Shown here: positions 1-12,453 of the stretch, piece after piece
How the letters are laid out: each line of letters begins with the position of its first letter
Numbering within the stretch: the stretch's first letter is position 1
Origin: Podarcis muralis
Taxonomy: Eukaryota
Length of the DNA: 64,000 nucleotides
Direction of reading: 5' to 3'
Assembly: GCF_964188315.1 (NCBI RefSeq)
Contig: NC_135655.1
Location: forward strand, 81,158,001-81,222,000
Translations under genes and position numbers: made by a program
The notes under the pieces: generated by a model
The model's input: only the letters and a program-made list of their open reading frames with translations
What the model was told of the DNA's origin: nothing
Databases searched by the model: none

Positions 1-1420
1 TGTATAAAGAAGAGAGCCATTGTGTGAGAATGGCACTCCTTTCACAGAGCCAAGAAAGAATGGTGGAATCCAGAAGCTCAACATTCCATCGCTAGCTGAC
101 AAATACTTAGTATAACTTTTGAGTAAAGATGCCATTTTAGCTGTCTGTGAGGCTAACTATTTCACTGCTGATCATTTTAGCAGCAATATTGCCATCTTCC
201 CCGTAGCGTTTTGTAAGAGTATTAATAGGAAACATGTATACTGCATTTTTTTTAGAGATTTCAGAATGTTTTCTGCCCAAAATCTCAGTAATCTTTATGG
301 CAATCTTGTCAGGCATGCCAGAGTTCTCATAATGAACATGAGGGCTGGAGGCTTCCTGGGGCTACCTAATGTTTGCTATTAAGGTGAGACTTTAACAATA
401 GTCTCCCCAGCTCATGTTTATAGCCACTATCAAACACCACCTTTTGAAAATTCATATGAAGACATATTCATCAGGTGAAGTTCCCCCTCATTGTTGTATC
501 TGCATATCATGAAAAGCTCCACCTGCTGGATTTATCCTAAAGGTGTTAAAATGGTCAATAGACTTGCCAGGGGGAAGTGGATAATTCCAACCTCCATCCC
601 ACCTCATGTGTGCTTATTCTTATACTGAAAGGTGTTCCCCACCCCTTTCCAGGTACCAACTGAGCCAGTTCTTTGCAGCTACTGAGATCTACAATATATT
701 CTAACTTGGACAATGCCTAATTGAATGCCACACGTACAGTTTAAAAAATCTGCAGTCATCCCAATATTTAAGATGTGGAGAAACAGCAAACCTGACATTA
801 GAAAGCAACAAGAAAGTTTTGGGTGAGCGTGCATAACCAACTCAAAATGAATGTTTTAACAGACTTAAATGTGATAAAATTTGCTGTTTGATGTACCAGT
901 TATAGGCATGAAGCTAGGAAGAACAGTATCCATCAGAGCCTAGGAAGTTCTGGTTGCTAATGTGATGCCAGTGGACCCAAAGATGCCATTGAGGACTTTC
1001 CATGGGGCCCATGAAGCCGCTGAGCACTGCCCTTCTGCCCTCACTTCGCCTTATGTCATGAGGTGGCAAGAGAGAGGGAGAAAGGGAGGGGGGAGAGAGA
1101 GCCCCATGGCACAAAAACATAGATCCAAGGGGTGGATCATAGTTTTTACAAGGGACCCCCTCAAAATTGCCATCAAGTCATAGGTCACTCCTGCATATAT
1201 ATGTGTTCTATGACTTGTTGTTGATTTTGTCAAACGTCCTGGACGACCTGTGCCTCGCATAAAAGCTTTTCATTGCTGGCAAGCACCAAACCTGATTTTT
1301 ACGGTGAGCTTTTGTTTGATGGTGGTTTGGGGGCTGGGGCTCTGTATAAAATCATACAAATTCAAGACAACCCATTGTAATTCAATCGGAGCTGACTTTT
1401 CTTCAGCTTTGGAAAAGCAG

Positions 1421-1684
1421 TGTTATGTACTGAAGTTCTCTCCCTGGGCCAGCAGGGGGATACTGTAGATAGTTTTCACCCAGGTCCACATATGCAAATA
1501 AGGGATTGAAAGTGATGTTCAGTGATTGGATAGTTACAGAAAGTGGTTACTGTTATGTTCTAGTGGAGCTCTATATAAGCAGGCTGGCTGAACCCTTCAG
1601 TTCAGTTCAGTTCTGGCCTGTAAATAAACAAGAGCTGTTTGAAGAATCGCTGTGTTGTCTGATATGTTCACCCACAACTTAACA
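1421..1684 (+). mobile_element. Solo LTR of an LTR retrotransposon (same family as 25439-25695)
   Basis: TG...CA termini (tgttatgtac...cttaaca), TATATAA and AATAAA in order, and a second diverged copy at 25439-25695 that has a 5-bp TSD. Flanks here (agcag/caaag) do not match. Confidence 0.8.
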
Positions 1685-1973
1685 CAAAGTGTGTGTGCAT
1701 ATGTGCTCTTTCTCTTTCTCTTTGGGTGGTGGGGTGGGGAGAGAAAGGAAAACTGACCTGGGGGAGGAGAGGAGAGAAACAACCTGAAGAGGATGTTGCC
1801 CACAGCACCCTCTCAAAATTCCAAGTGTGTCCATAGACGCAAAAAGGCTGGTGACTCCATATGGGATCTTTCAGGTGGCTTCACAGCTTCCTTCTGGTAT
1901 TGATGCATTTTGTAAGGCTGCATACACACTATACTTAGGTAGGCTTTACTTTAACCATTTTACTTCGGCAATG

Positions 1974-2131
1974 TACACAACATACATTTAAAGCACACCC
2001 ACTCGCCCAGAGAATCCTGGGAGCTGTAGTTTGTTATGGGTGCTGGGGGTGTAGCATGGCGAGGGATAAATTGCAGTTCCCATTATTCTTTTGTGTGTGT
2101 GGGGGGGGTACTGCTTTAAATGTATGGTGTG
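1974..2131. repeat. Palindromic MITE-like repeat
   Basis: Outer arms catacatttaaagca / tgctttaaatgtatg; inner arms agaatcctgggagctgtagtt / aattgcagttcccattattct. Confidence 0.55.
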
Positions 2132-3307
2132 CTAGAGGAAGGGGCAGAGTTGCCATCTGACTCCAAAGCCAGCCCAATACATTTTACTGCCTGATGTAGA
2201 GCAGCAAAAAGAAAGGGGGGGGCATACAGTAGCACATGAACAACACAGTAAATCAGACAACAATTTCCTTCCATTTAATGTCACTTTCAATATTAGCTAC
2301 CTAATGCCACTTTTCCGTGAGGATGCCCTTAGGACAGGAAAGAAAGAAAAGCCCACTGCTGTGTCCAGGGCTGAGAGTTGAAGCTGAGGTTTATAGTAGG
2401 GAACAGAATGGGAGGCAGATACCATGTCCATTGTCTTCCTCTGGGCTCAGATTTTATCCATCTTACCCATGAGGGATGTATGTGTCAAAAGTAGATCATG
2501 TCAAGTTTTGAAAGAATTTTCAACTTAAAAAAATAGAAATCTCAGTTTATATCACTGCATAACGGTAGGAATTAACCCTAATTATCTTGTAAATCAATAA
2601 GATTAAGACCACTCCTTTCAGCAGACACTAACATTCTGTATGCCAGTTAAAGGAAGTATATGCAATGGACCTTCTGAAAACATTAGGCAACAATATCTGT
2701 TTTACTCTTAGATAACTGGTTTTCAAGCATGTGCTCAGTTTCTTCTCCAATTTAGTGTTTCAGTTCCATTATGTGATGGCAAAGAAAGAGGAGAAGCAGT
2801 CCATTTTCTGCTACAAATAGAAAAGTCTTTTCATATTTACCATGTTGATGACGGCAATATGAAGAACAGAGTCCAGAAATCAAAGGTCAGCCTCTGTAGA
2901 CAGAACTATCCAGGCTCTTGCTAGTTTGGGGTGGGATTCCATCACATACTGGCAAACTCAGGTCATGCAATTGTAATGGATTGCGAGGTTGTGCACAACA
3001 AACCTGCTTCCCCAAAAGATCAGCCTTTTTTGTGTGATAAGGGAAGTGAAATGTTGGGAGAACACTTGCGTGGATGCAACTTCATCTAACTTCCCCACAA
3101 ACAAATCAGCACAAATGCTCATTTAACAGCCAAGGTTGTCTAATGTCCCTGAAAACAAACTAGGATGAATGTTCAATAAACAAAACATTTAGGGATTCAT
3201 GTGCATATGCGAATAAGTCCTCAGCCACATAAAAACAGATGTGTGTTTGGCTGCTTGTATTGTGAATTCCTACCACAGTGCGAAACACATTAGAATATCC
3301 CAGGCTC

Positions 3308-4249
3308 TCACTGGGACAGCACTTCCTTCCTTAGTGTTCTACTGAGTGCGTTCTTTAACTCTTTGTTCCTCATGCTATAGATCAAGGGGTTCAGCACAGG
3401 AGTGACAAAGGTGTAGACCACAGACACCACTCGACCTTCCTCCGGCGAGTAGCTGGAGCTGGGACGCAGGTATATCAAACTGCCACAGCCATACTGCAGA
3501 AGAACAACCATTAAATGGGAGGAGCAGGTGGAGAAAGCCCGCTGCCTACCTGAGGCAGAGCGGATGCGCAAGATGGCTGCCACAATGAAGGCATAGGAGA
3601 CACAAACTAGGAGGAAAGGGGCAGTCAGTATTACGGCACTGATAATAAAGAGGGCAGTCTGATGGATATGGGTGTCGCTGCATGCGAGCTTCAGGACAGC
3701 AGGGAAGTCGCAGAAGAAATGGTCAATCTCCTTATTGCCACAGAACGGAAGGCGCAATATCAGGATGGAGAGCTGAATGCCAAACACGCCGCTCATGCCT
3801 AGCGTCCCAGCTACAAGACTCACACACACCCTCCAGCTCATTATGGTAGTGTAGCGCAGTGGGTGGCAGATTGCCACATAGCGATCATATGCCATAACAG
3901 ATAGCAGGACGCAGTCGCCACCTCCCAAGAAGATAAAGAAGAACATCTGTGTGCCACATCCTGCCAAAGAGATGGAGACCTTTTGCGCAGAGAGGAGGTT
4001 GGCTAGGGTGAGTGGGGCAATGACGCAGGAGTAAGCAATCTCCAGGGCTGCCAGGTTAGCCAAGAAGAAATACATGGGAGTGTGGAGGGAGCGCTCTGTA
4101 CGGACAATGAACACAACCACAGAGTTTCCCAAAAGGCTGAGTAGGTACAAGATCAGAAAAGTCCAGAAAAGCAACAGCTGCGTCTCTGGGACTGTTGAGA
4201 AGGGGTGGAAGTAGAAATGGGTCAGGCTAGTGTGGTTTTCACTCTCCAT
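3308..4249 (-). CDS. OR10V1: Olfactory receptor OR-A, OR10V1-like, intact, 313 aa
   Basis: Motifs LHTPMYFFLANL, MAYDRYVAICHPLRY, FSTCSSHL and PVLNPLIYSMRNKELK. GCGTQMFFFxFLGxxDCVLL and SSYSPExGRVVSV match recalled OR10V1. Splice acceptor (ctctctttttatctcatgccag) 19 nt upstream of the ATG. Symbol denotes a co-ortholog by similarity. Confidence 0.95.
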   Translation of the reverse strand: MESENHTSLTHFYFHPFSTVPETQLLLFWTFLILYLLSLLGNSVVVFIVRTERSLHTPMYFFLANLAALEIAYSCVIAPLTLANLLSAQKVSISLAGCGTQMFFFIFLGGGDCVLLSVMAYDRYVAICHPLRYTTIMSWRVCVSLVAGTLGMSGVFGIQLSILILRLPFCGNKEIDHFFCDFPAVLKLACSDTHIHQTALFIISAVILTAPFLLVCVSYAFIVAAILRIRSASGRQRAFSTCSSHLMVVLLQYGCGSLIYLRPSSSYSPEEGRVVSVVYTFVTPVLNPLIYSMRNKELKNALSRTLRKEVLSQ

Positions 4250-4439
4250 AGGAATTGGTACATATGACCTGGCATGAGATAAAAAGAGAGACCGATGACG
4301 GAGAAAGTGATATCACCACCAAGATGTCAACAGGCCACTTCCATTTCTAAACATGTACAATAAACCAAGCAGCCACTGGAGGGCAGACTCCCCCTTTTTG
4401 CAAATAAAGATCTCCGTCTCGCAAGACAACAGCTGTCTT

Positions 4440-4890
4440 AGAATCATGGAGTCATAGAATTGGAAGGGACGTTAAGAGTCATCTAGTCCCACTTCCTGCC
4501 ATGCAGGGATCTCAGCTAAAGCATCCAGGACAAATGGCCATCCAATCTCTGCTTAAAGACCACCTTCTGACAGAATCCATTCTACTGTTGAACAGCTCTT
4601 ACCATCAGAAAGTTCTTCCTGATGTTTCACCAGAATCTCTTTTCTTGTAACTTGAAACCATTGGTTTGGGTCCTAGTCTCCAGAGCAGGAGAAAACAAGC
4701 TTGCTCCATCTTCCACGCGGCAGCCCTTTAGATATTTGAAGATAGCTATTATATCTCCTCTCAGTCTCTTCTTTTCCAGGCTAAGCATTCCCAATTCCCT
4801 CAACCATTCCTCATAAGATTTGGTTTCCAGACCTCTGATCATCTTGGTTGCCCTCCTCTGCACACATTCCAGCTTGTCAATATCCTCTTT
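4440..4890 (-). mobile_element. CR1 LINE 3' fragment (older subfamily)
   Basis: RT C-terminal peptide [18 protein letters not shown]...LRGDIIAIFKYLKG and a degenerate (ATTCTATG)n-type tail. Confidence 0.9.
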
Positions 4891-6239
4891 TCTGGCTTGC
4901 GTGAAATTGTACAGCACGGGCATAATCTAGAAGGCATTTCAGTTCATGCTTCTGCAAATAATGAGTAAGTTTAAACTTCAGGACTGTAAAGCATTTCACA
5001 TTCTGCAAGCACATCTTTTGGCAATCCTTTCACAGACCACTGTAGCTTCACTTTTCTTGCTCCTTCTGCTATCAGTTAACGGTTCCCCGAACTATCTTCA
5101 CTAAATCTTTTACGAAACCCATCTCTCCCTATGCTGTTGCCTTGATAATTTTATTTGCAGACTTTCTGTAGAAGGAAGTTCCATTGAAATCAATGGAATT
5201 TCCAGAGAAATGTGTTTAGAATCAGATGCTTAGATTGCAAGCTGTGTCACTTGTGTATTTTGTATTTGCTTCCAGTACAAAATTAGATAAACAATAAATA
5301 GCCATTACACTAGCACTGTACATTGCTCTTGCTTTACTGAGCTAGGGATTGCAAAACAATTGCATGTCAGAGTTCCTGTGGTTTTACTCCATTAAAATTA
5401 AATAGACACTCCATCCAAAAGTACTCAAATCCTACTTTGTTTTTATTGAATGGAAGCGGTTGTGACAAGTGAGACCCATAACAAAATGTTGCAGTGTAGA
5501 GTGGTCCTGCTCAGGTTTCCAGCCAGCCAGCAATGCTGTCTTCTAGGATAATGTGTTCCAGTCCCACCCTGGTTTTCTGTTTGCCATCCACAACAATCAG
5601 CATTCTGTGTCTACCAGTATTCACTGGACTGTTGGGGAAGGCTCTCCCCTTAGTTCCCCTCTGCAAAATCTTGTGGTCCCCCTTCCCTTTCTTTCTCTGT
5701 TTTTGTTTTTGTCTGGATTACTTTATTTTATCTTATTGTATTACGAAACAGCCAGATTTAATAAAATCTTATTTTTAAAATAAAAGTCTTGCTGTCCCCA
5801 CAAGTTTACTGATACCTCCATCTTCTTGTGTGGAGATGGTGTCATTTTGGAAATGCATGCACCGTTTCTCATGCCTGAGCATCAGGAAAAGAAGGATTGA
5901 CTAACTTTTGCTGAACATTCCCACTAGTGTTATAAAATTTTCTTATGTTTTTAGATGTTCTTTATGTGCTTTGATGTTTTTAATTGTTTCTATTTTTAAT
6001 TCTACTGTCTTACTACTTTTGTGTTTGCTGTTATTTTTTAAGCTATTGTTAGTATGACAATGTAGAATTTGCCACACCACCCTCTTCTACACACTATTTT
6101 GGAGTACAGGTGGCGAGTATCCAGGCATTTTTCATTTTAATGGCCAAGAAAACTACATTTCGACTGGAAGGTGGAAGCCTCCCTCTTTGCAAAATAAGAT
6201 TTGGATGTCACCTTAAAAGACAGCAGTTGTCTTTTTAGC

Positions 6240-6365
6240 GCTGGCATAGCCAACGTGGTGCCCTTCAGATGCTGTGGCCCTTCATCACTGGCCATGCTGG
6301 CTGGGACAGATGGGAGCTGGAGTCTCACAACATCTAGAGGGCATTGTGTTGTCTATTCCTGTTCT
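6240..6365. repeat. Short hairpin-type squamate interspersed repeat (related copies ~9290-9445 and ~60010-60145)
   Basis: Shared motifs (ggccatgctggc, gatgggag, caacatctRgagggc) in three dispersed places. Confidence 0.5.
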
Positions 6366-7424
6366 AGTGCCTGTGAAATTGTATGCTATGGCACAGCCAT
6401 AGTCTAGAAACACTTTCCACATCACCTGCAAATAGGAATGTCAAATGTAAATAACTGAGCATTATTTATTATTCCAGTGTTGGCTTCATTAGGAGGTAAT
6501 GAAAGTGATACAAAGAGATGGCAAAAGCAACTTCCATTTAGGCTTAACCTCTGGATACACAAAGGGGAACCGCAACATTTCTGTAGAAGGAAATGTTCCA
6601 GAATATTTCCCATTCAGAACCTCACACCACTGCTAGGAAAGCATTTGCCTGGAACAATGCTCAACGTTCTGGTCATTATTCTTGCTCACAACTAATTCAA
6701 TGTCCACACCCGACATGTTGTCTAAACTCTTTTGACAATTGCAAGCAGTACCATTCTGGCCCTGATTTACTTCAACTGTATGCCCAACTGTTTTTATTGT
6801 GAGAAGGGTAGAACAGTTTTTACTGGCTGACTGGCTGGGATAATTTACTAACCTGTTGTCCAAGCTGATATTGGATGCCGCTGCCCTTTCCACAAGAGAA
6901 CTCTAGCTCTGAGGGCTTTATAAACCTTGCAAGATCCTTAGAGGAGCAAGGTAATCCCAATCCCTCAGTGATGCATCAAAGTCCCCACAAAAGTAAATTA
7001 CATACAAGCAGCCAACAAGAGTAGAGGTCCCTGCTCTCTGAGGACAAAGGGCAGCAGAGAGGGAGGGAGACAAGGAGTCAACTCACTGCTCCATTAGAGG
7101 GGAGGACATTCAATACCAATTGCTCTCTCAGCATGCAAAAATACTTCATCGTGGCCATCTCCACCAACCAAGGAGCCTTTTTGCCACGTTTGCCTCAGTG
7201 TAGCTCAGGTTTTTCACCACTTGTGTTCTAGCCATTTTCTCTCCTGTCCCAAGGCAGGTGTAAACCAGAAGATCAGTGACAAGGAGGGGGAGAGTGTTAG
7301 GGCCATGAGAGCATGGATTTTGATAGCCTGTGTTGGGGATCTAGCCTAGCGAACTATACAGTGCTGTGTGTGCTCAGGCCTTAGTCTGCATCTATGCTGG
7401 AATTGTTTTTAGATGTTTTAATTA

Positions 7425-7593
7425 CCATATTTTTTGCACCATAACACTCACTTTTTTCCTCCTAGAAAGTAAGGGGAAATGTCTGTGCGTGTTATGGAGG
7501 GAATGCCTACGGGTGGCATGCCTACGGATTTTCCTCCTCTAAAAACTGTGTGCGTGTTATGGTCGGGTGCGTGTTATAGAGCGAAAAATACGG
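7425..7593. mobile_element. Tc1/mariner (pogo-type) MITE, internally deleted, inverted relative to 8802-9162
   Basis: TIRs ccatattttttgc / gcgaaaaatacgg; both halves match the reverse complement of 8802-9162. Confidence 0.8.
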
Positions 7594-7789
7594 GTATTTT
7601 GGGATTTATGCATTTGCCACCCTGGGCTCCTTAGAGAGGAAGTGTGAGGTGTAAATATAAATAATAATAATTTCACCTCACACCAGAATCGCAAGTTAGT
7701 AAGAATATAAATGGTGTCTCATATTCTTAGTGCATGCAGGTACCAATTGGTACCTGTAGTGATTTTGATATATAATGGCTTTAGAAGCA

Positions 7790-8096
7790 CCGTGCTTTTC
7801 TGTGTAAAAGATGAGGGTCTTTTACTATAAAATAATGTCAAAGGGGGGGCACATCTTATACACGGATAGTGGGTTGGGGGGACAACGTGTGATTGGTTGC
7901 ACCAATCGATGTGTGATTTGGGTTAGTGATTTTCTGATTTCCCCCCGAAGCAAGCTCAACCAGCCTGGGCAATGCTCCCCCCCCCCCACAAAAGCTCAAC
8001 AACTCTGGGTCATCCCCCCCCCCCATTTTCTTAAATTTGAGTCCCCAAAAACTCAAGTCTTATACATGAGGGCATGTTATACACGGGAAAGTATGG
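7790..8096. mobile_element. Tc1/mariner MITE (family also at ~11820-11925 partial and 49459-49805)
   Basis: Termini ccgtgcttttc / gggaaagtatgg; internal ccattttc-t-aattt-gagtccccaaaa block shared with the other copies. Confidence 0.65.
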
Positions 8097-8801
8097 TTGT
8101 TTTTTAATATATGCAACAGTTTTAACAGTTTTTATATGTGTGTGTTAATTTTTTTTTTAATATGCGTAAGGATGCCTCGTGGGAATTGATTCTTGTATAA
8201 ATAAATACAGTCATAAGCAAGATAGCAATTGGATGACTTCACTAGCAGCATTGAGAATGGTGGTATGAATTTGAATTGATGAGGAGGGAGGGAGTGAAGA
8301 TGTCAGTGAGGAACTGACGCAGAACACACACACACAAGCTACACATTTTTGCAGGTCTACATTTTTGCCTTTGAAAAAGTAAATTAGATTTATAGGCCAG
8401 TTATAAAGACGTTTTGTCCATTGGTTCCCCTTCCCTCCCCCCAAAACCCACTCTTCATTTTCCTTGTCCAATGGTTCTAGTGTATATCCAGGGGCACTGA
8501 TGTTATACACATGGAACATTCTCTGACATGAACATGATTTATTTATTTTAAAAGTGTATACCCCATCATTCATTGCAGGACCTAGACCAGGTTACAGCAA
8601 GCATATACATAAAAAAACAATGAAAATATCACATCACATCGGTAGTTAGTAGGTATGGCACTATAAAGGCCAATAGGTAATCGACCCTGACGTTTTGCTC
8701 AAAACTGGAACTACCAGCAGGGCCTCTGCAGCAGATCTCAAGCAGAATGTTGTCTGCCCATTGGAAACACACAGCACTTTCAGCCACAGCTTAGATATAT
8801 A

Positions 8802-9162
8802 CCGTATTTTTCGCTCTATAACACGCACCAGACCATAACACGCACGTAGTTTTTAGAGGAGGAAAACAAGAAAAAAAATATTCTAAACGAAATAGTGGAT
8901 AAATGATTTTTGTGGTTCATGCTGTGGCTACAGACATGTGATCTGACAGTTTGGAGTAGCCCAATGCAAAAATCCTGAGGATTCATGTGGCTCCATGCTT
9001 TGTAACCACAGAGGAGGGAAGGAAGGGGAACCATGGATCCTCTGCTCATGACTGCAGCAGATCCCCCCCGCCACCCGCAGGCATTTCCTCCATAACACGC
9101 ACAGACATTTCCCCTTACTTTCTAGGAGGAAAAAAGTGAGTCTTATGGTGCAAAAAATACGG
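8802..9162. mobile_element. Tc1/mariner (pogo-type) MITE, 361 bp
   Basis: TIRs ccgtatttttcgc / gcaaaaaatacgg flanked by TA on both sides. Confidence 0.88.
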
Positions 9163-10457
9163 TACATGAGAGTTTGCTTTCATGTTTTGTTTTAATCTGC
9201 ATATATAGGACCTTGTTTACGCCTTACTAGGTATGACCCCCAGCCTCACTCACCCAAGGAATGTTAGTATATCAGTGCTAGTCCTATGGCAGGGCTGGGA
9301 AGCCTGAGGACATCTGGTCATTGCTGGATGACCCCTCCCATCCTTCGACACTTACTGTTGGCAATGCTTGATGGGTTTGTTGGTTGTTGGAGTCCAAGAC
9401 CATTGGAGGGCTACAGCTTAGCCACCTCTGTTCTATGGGATCATGTTCTATGAAGCTAAAGCCTGCTAGTGTCATATTGGGTGGGCAGATACGGGGAAAA
9501 TCACTTCAACAGGAGGGCAGTGGAGGTACATCTAAATGGAACAACAATGATGTTTCTGGTTCATTCACATGTCATCACCACCACTGCTGCCTTATCCATG
9601 AATACGTCTAATTGCATTAAAATTGGTGCTCATATCACATCTTGTGTAGGAAAAATTGTGTGCAGTGTGAAGTACTCCGTGTCACCCTACTTTCCCCCAA
9701 AATACCAGGGAATTTTGTGTTACTATAACCTTGTGTGTTGTATACTAGAACAGTAATCAATAATTTTTGTGGTCTTCTTATTTTTATAATCTGGAATGTC
9801 ACACAGAAAGTGTCATTCCTTGTCCCATTCTGCTCAGAGGTCAAAACAACAGCAACAACATCATAGACTCTCTCTGGGTGCATGCCTGTTTGTGCATTTA
9901 TTAACAAAAAACAGAATCATCAGTCCAATTCATCAGTGGAAGTTGTCTCCTGATGAATACGAGGTCCAAAATCCCCAAGCAGGTCCCACCAGGCATTTCT
10001 GGCTAGTCTGGTTTGAGGTTAATGTCTGCCTCATTTGCTACCCTCCTTTGATGACATCATTCCAGCCTCTTCTTGGGGTATTTTCCTTCTGTTACCTCAC
10101 AATATCTTCAGGCCCCTGAATGAAATATATTAGTTCTCTCTGTGGCTGGAAACTTGTCCAGGTTCTCCTGCCCATCAAAACAGAACTCGGTGTCACGAGC
10201 GTAGCTGTTGTTCTGCTTGCTTTCAATCAGGCATTTGATTCATTTCCTTTAAGAATTCTATACCGAATTCAGGTCAATTGGCCACACAATGCAACTTCTG
10301 CTACAGGCAAAGAACATTCCTTTTGAGGCACAGTTGCAGCTTAGACATAGAGCTACCTATGCATCCTTCCATCACTGACCTGTGGTTTCAGTTCCACCAT
10401 ACCATACAACAGATGGCAGTAGACGGTGTACCATTCCCTGGCTGCGATTCAACGCTG

Positions 10458-11405
10458 TCATTTCTTCTGGGGCAACACAGCCCTTTTTAAGGTTCTGATA
10501 AGGGCATCCTTTAACTCTTTGTTCCTCATGCTATAGATCAAGGGGTTCAGCACAGGAGTGACAAAGGTGTAGACCACAGACACCGCCCGGCCTTCTTCTG
10601 GTGAGTAGCTGGAGCTTGGGCGAAGGTATATCAAACTGCCACAGCCATACTGCAGAAGGACGACCATTAAGTGGGAGGAACAGGTGGAGAAAGCCCTTTG
10701 CCTGCCTGCGGCAGAGCTGATCCGCAAGACGGCAGCCACAATGAAGGCATAGGAGATACAGATTAGGAGGAAAGGGATAGTGATGACAGTAATGCTGACA
10801 ATAAAAAAGGCAGTTTGGTGGAAATGGGTATCGCCACATGCCAGTTTCATGACAACAGGGACATCGCAGAAAAAATTGTTGATTTCCTTATTGGCACAGA
10901 AAGGCAAAGTCAATATCAAGATAGAAAGCTGAATGCCAAAGAAGCAAGTCATGGCCAAGGTCCAAACAACAATTTTGACACACACTCTCCAGTTCATGAT
11001 GACAGTGTAGCTGAGTGGGTGACAGATTGCCACATAGCGGTCATAAGCCATGATTGCTATCAGTACACAGTCAGAGCTTCCCAGGAAGGTAAAGAAGAAC
11101 ATTTGGGTCCCACAGCCAGCCAAGGTGATGGAGACCTTTCTTGCAGAAGCTACGTGGGCCAGAGTGAGGGGTGCAATGGTACAAGAATAAGCAATTTCCA
11201 GACATGCCAGGTTAGCCAAGAAATAATACATTGGGGTGTGAAGAGAATGTGTGGTGTAGATGATGAGAACAATGGTAGCATTCCCAAACAGGCTGAGCAA
11301 GTAGAGAATCAGAAAAGTCCAGAAAATCAGCTGCCTCATGCCTGGGTGCGTTGTGAATGGCTGGAAGTGGAACTGTATTATTCCAGTTTGGTTTTCAGTC
11401 TCCAT
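10458..11405 (-). CDS. OR10V1: Olfactory receptor OR-B, OR10V1-like, intact, 315 aa (ATG at 11405; the track's GTG start at 11417 is unlikely)
   Basis: All canonical OR motifs and no stops; METENQTG start includes the N-glycosylation sequon. Confidence 0.95.
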   Translation of the reverse strand: METENQTGIIQFHFQPFTTHPGMRQLIFWTFLILYLLSLFGNATIVLIIYTTHSLHTPMYYFLANLACLEIAYSCTIAPLTLAHVASARKVSITLAGCGTQMFFFTFLGSSDCVLIAIMAYDRYVAICHPLSYTVIMNWRVCVKIVVWTLAMTCFFGIQLSILILTLPFCANKEINNFFCDVPVVMKLACGDTHFHQTAFFIVSITVITIPFLLICISYAFIVAAVLRISSAAGRQRAFSTCSSHLMVVLLQYGCGSLIYLRPSSSYSPEEGRAVSVVYTFVTPVLNPLIYSMRNKELKDALIRTLKRAVLPQKK

Positions 11406-11734
11406 ATAAACCTGCACATCAGCTTGCTATGGGTTAAGAGGAGAGAGGACAACATTACTGAGAAGCCTGCATTGGGCAACCAGGAAATTAAGTAACACAA
11501 ATAAATTGTAATGCAACAAACAGGGAAGATGTTGCAAACTTGGCTGATAGTGAATGTGCAATTGATCAACATATTCTTTAATACTGAAGTTCAGACTTCT
11601 GTAGGCAGCTATTAACAAGAATGAGACCAGGTTCTTAGAGTAGGTTGTTCACTGAGGTGTCTACATCCATTAAAACCGAGCAACTATTACACTGCCTCTA
11701 AATGGCTAGGTTGATACTGAAATGTTTTACAATT

Positions 11735-11810
11735 TTTTATGTGCTGTAAGCCGCCTAGAGTGATTGTGAAAACCCAGACAGATGGGCAGGGTATAAATAA
11801 TAAAATAATA
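11735..11810 (+). mobile_element. L2-type LINE 3' tail (paralogous copy ~20930-21015 on minus)
   Basis: gtaagccgcc-agag...cagatgggcagggtataaataataaa, same tail as the longer copy at 25081-25359. Confidence 0.7.
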
Positions 11811-12453
11811 AAGGTCAACCAAAGAAAAAAGCTCAACAACTCTGTGCGATCTCCCCCCCATTTTCCTAATTTGGAGTCCCCAAAAATAGGGGCGTCTTAT
11901 ACACAGGGACGTGTTATACATGGAAAAGTACAGCATATCATGGTTTATCTCAGCGGTTAGGGTGTTCTTTATGCGATTCCTGCATTCTGGATCTAGGGTG
12001 AGGTTTTGGTTTTTGATTTCTGGCACGTGATAGTCTGTCTCCATTCCCCCCCCCCCCAAAGAAGCTTGAAGCTTATTTTTTACCCCCTCTCCCTAACTCT
12101 CACTGTATGGTGTTTGTGTGCATTTGACATATCAGTACATATTTTATTTGTTTTGTTTGTACTTTCTTGGACGGATAGTCATTTATTAGTGCATTAAAAA
12201 AAAACCTGCCTACTTTCCTACCCTGGTGCAGTCAAGAAAACTTGCTAAATGAAGTATCTTTTTCTCATCTCTCTTCTTCAGTTGGCTTAACATACGAGCA
12301 GCAACCTGGATATGAATATTTCTTTCCTTTTGTTGCTGTTAAATTCAAAATTATTCCTTCCTTCCCTTATTTCCTTTGTAAAACACTCTCATTGGGGTCA
12401 ACACATGCAGCCATTTTAGAAGATCTGTGCTTCCATGTCTGTTTCTTTCTTAC

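Noticed and set aside
11406-11417. 319-aa versions of OR-B and OR-C starting at GTG (MQVY...)
   Set aside because: An in-frame ATG with good context (tatATGG) lies four codons downstream and aligns with the OR-A start.
10815-11495. 226-aa antisense ORF over OR-B (and its mirror at 21242-21922)
   Set aside because: Shadow frame of OR codon usage with no recognisable domain; shared only because the region is duplicated.
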